A stretch of 63,833 nt of DNA, filler included, from Saprolegnia diclina VS20 (Eukaryota): NCBI RefSeq assembly GCF_000281045.1. It is 3 parts of one record of this genome, joined end to end, with 100 filler letters (N's around TTAATTAATTAA, not from the genome) between each part and the next. Parts side by side here need not be neighbours in the genome. Positions count along the whole stretch, not along the records: positions 50,609 to 63,833 come from NW_008246102.1; 2 more parts are not named here. One strand, written 5' to 3'. The notes under the pieces were generated by a model that saw nothing but the letters and a program-made list of their open reading frames with translations, ran no database searches and was not told where the DNA came from. This document shows, piece by piece, positions 63,826 through 63,833 of this stretch (position 1 is the first letter of the stretch; each line of letters starts with the position of its first letter). Both the position numbers and the translations under genes were made by a program.

Positions 63826-63833
63826 TCCTAGAC

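Overview
Eukaryotic, GC-rich DNA with many short (~40-60 nt) GT-AG introns and oomycete-type INR/FPR core promoters; the gene content suggests a Saprolegniales-type water mould (inference). The left end holds housekeeping genes: eIF5, a LACTB2-like metallo-beta-lactamase and a TFIIIC triple-barrel subunit. About 6.6-50 kb is dominated by four same-strand paralogues of a giant multi-exon gene built as (ankyrin block - kinase) x2, then ankyrins, a Cys-rich double zinc ribbon and a C-terminal pseudokinase. Almost every ankyrin repeat sits on its own ~99-nt phase-0 exon. The array shows co-duplication of a neighbouring gene, a near-identical kinase tract shared by two copies, one copy with disabling lesions and a chimeric debris region. 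An LRR receptor-like kinase lies inside the array. The right end has a tetraspanin-like gene, a secreted 3xPAN/apple-nuclease gene with a scrambled inverted pseudocopy hit by two insertions (a 14-bp-TSD retroposon-like insert and a 9-bp-TSD Mutator-like element), and two DUF4436-like membrane genes. Three assembly gaps (21500-21599, 50509-50608, 54111-54449) limit the models. Exon structures were read by eye and no database searches were run.
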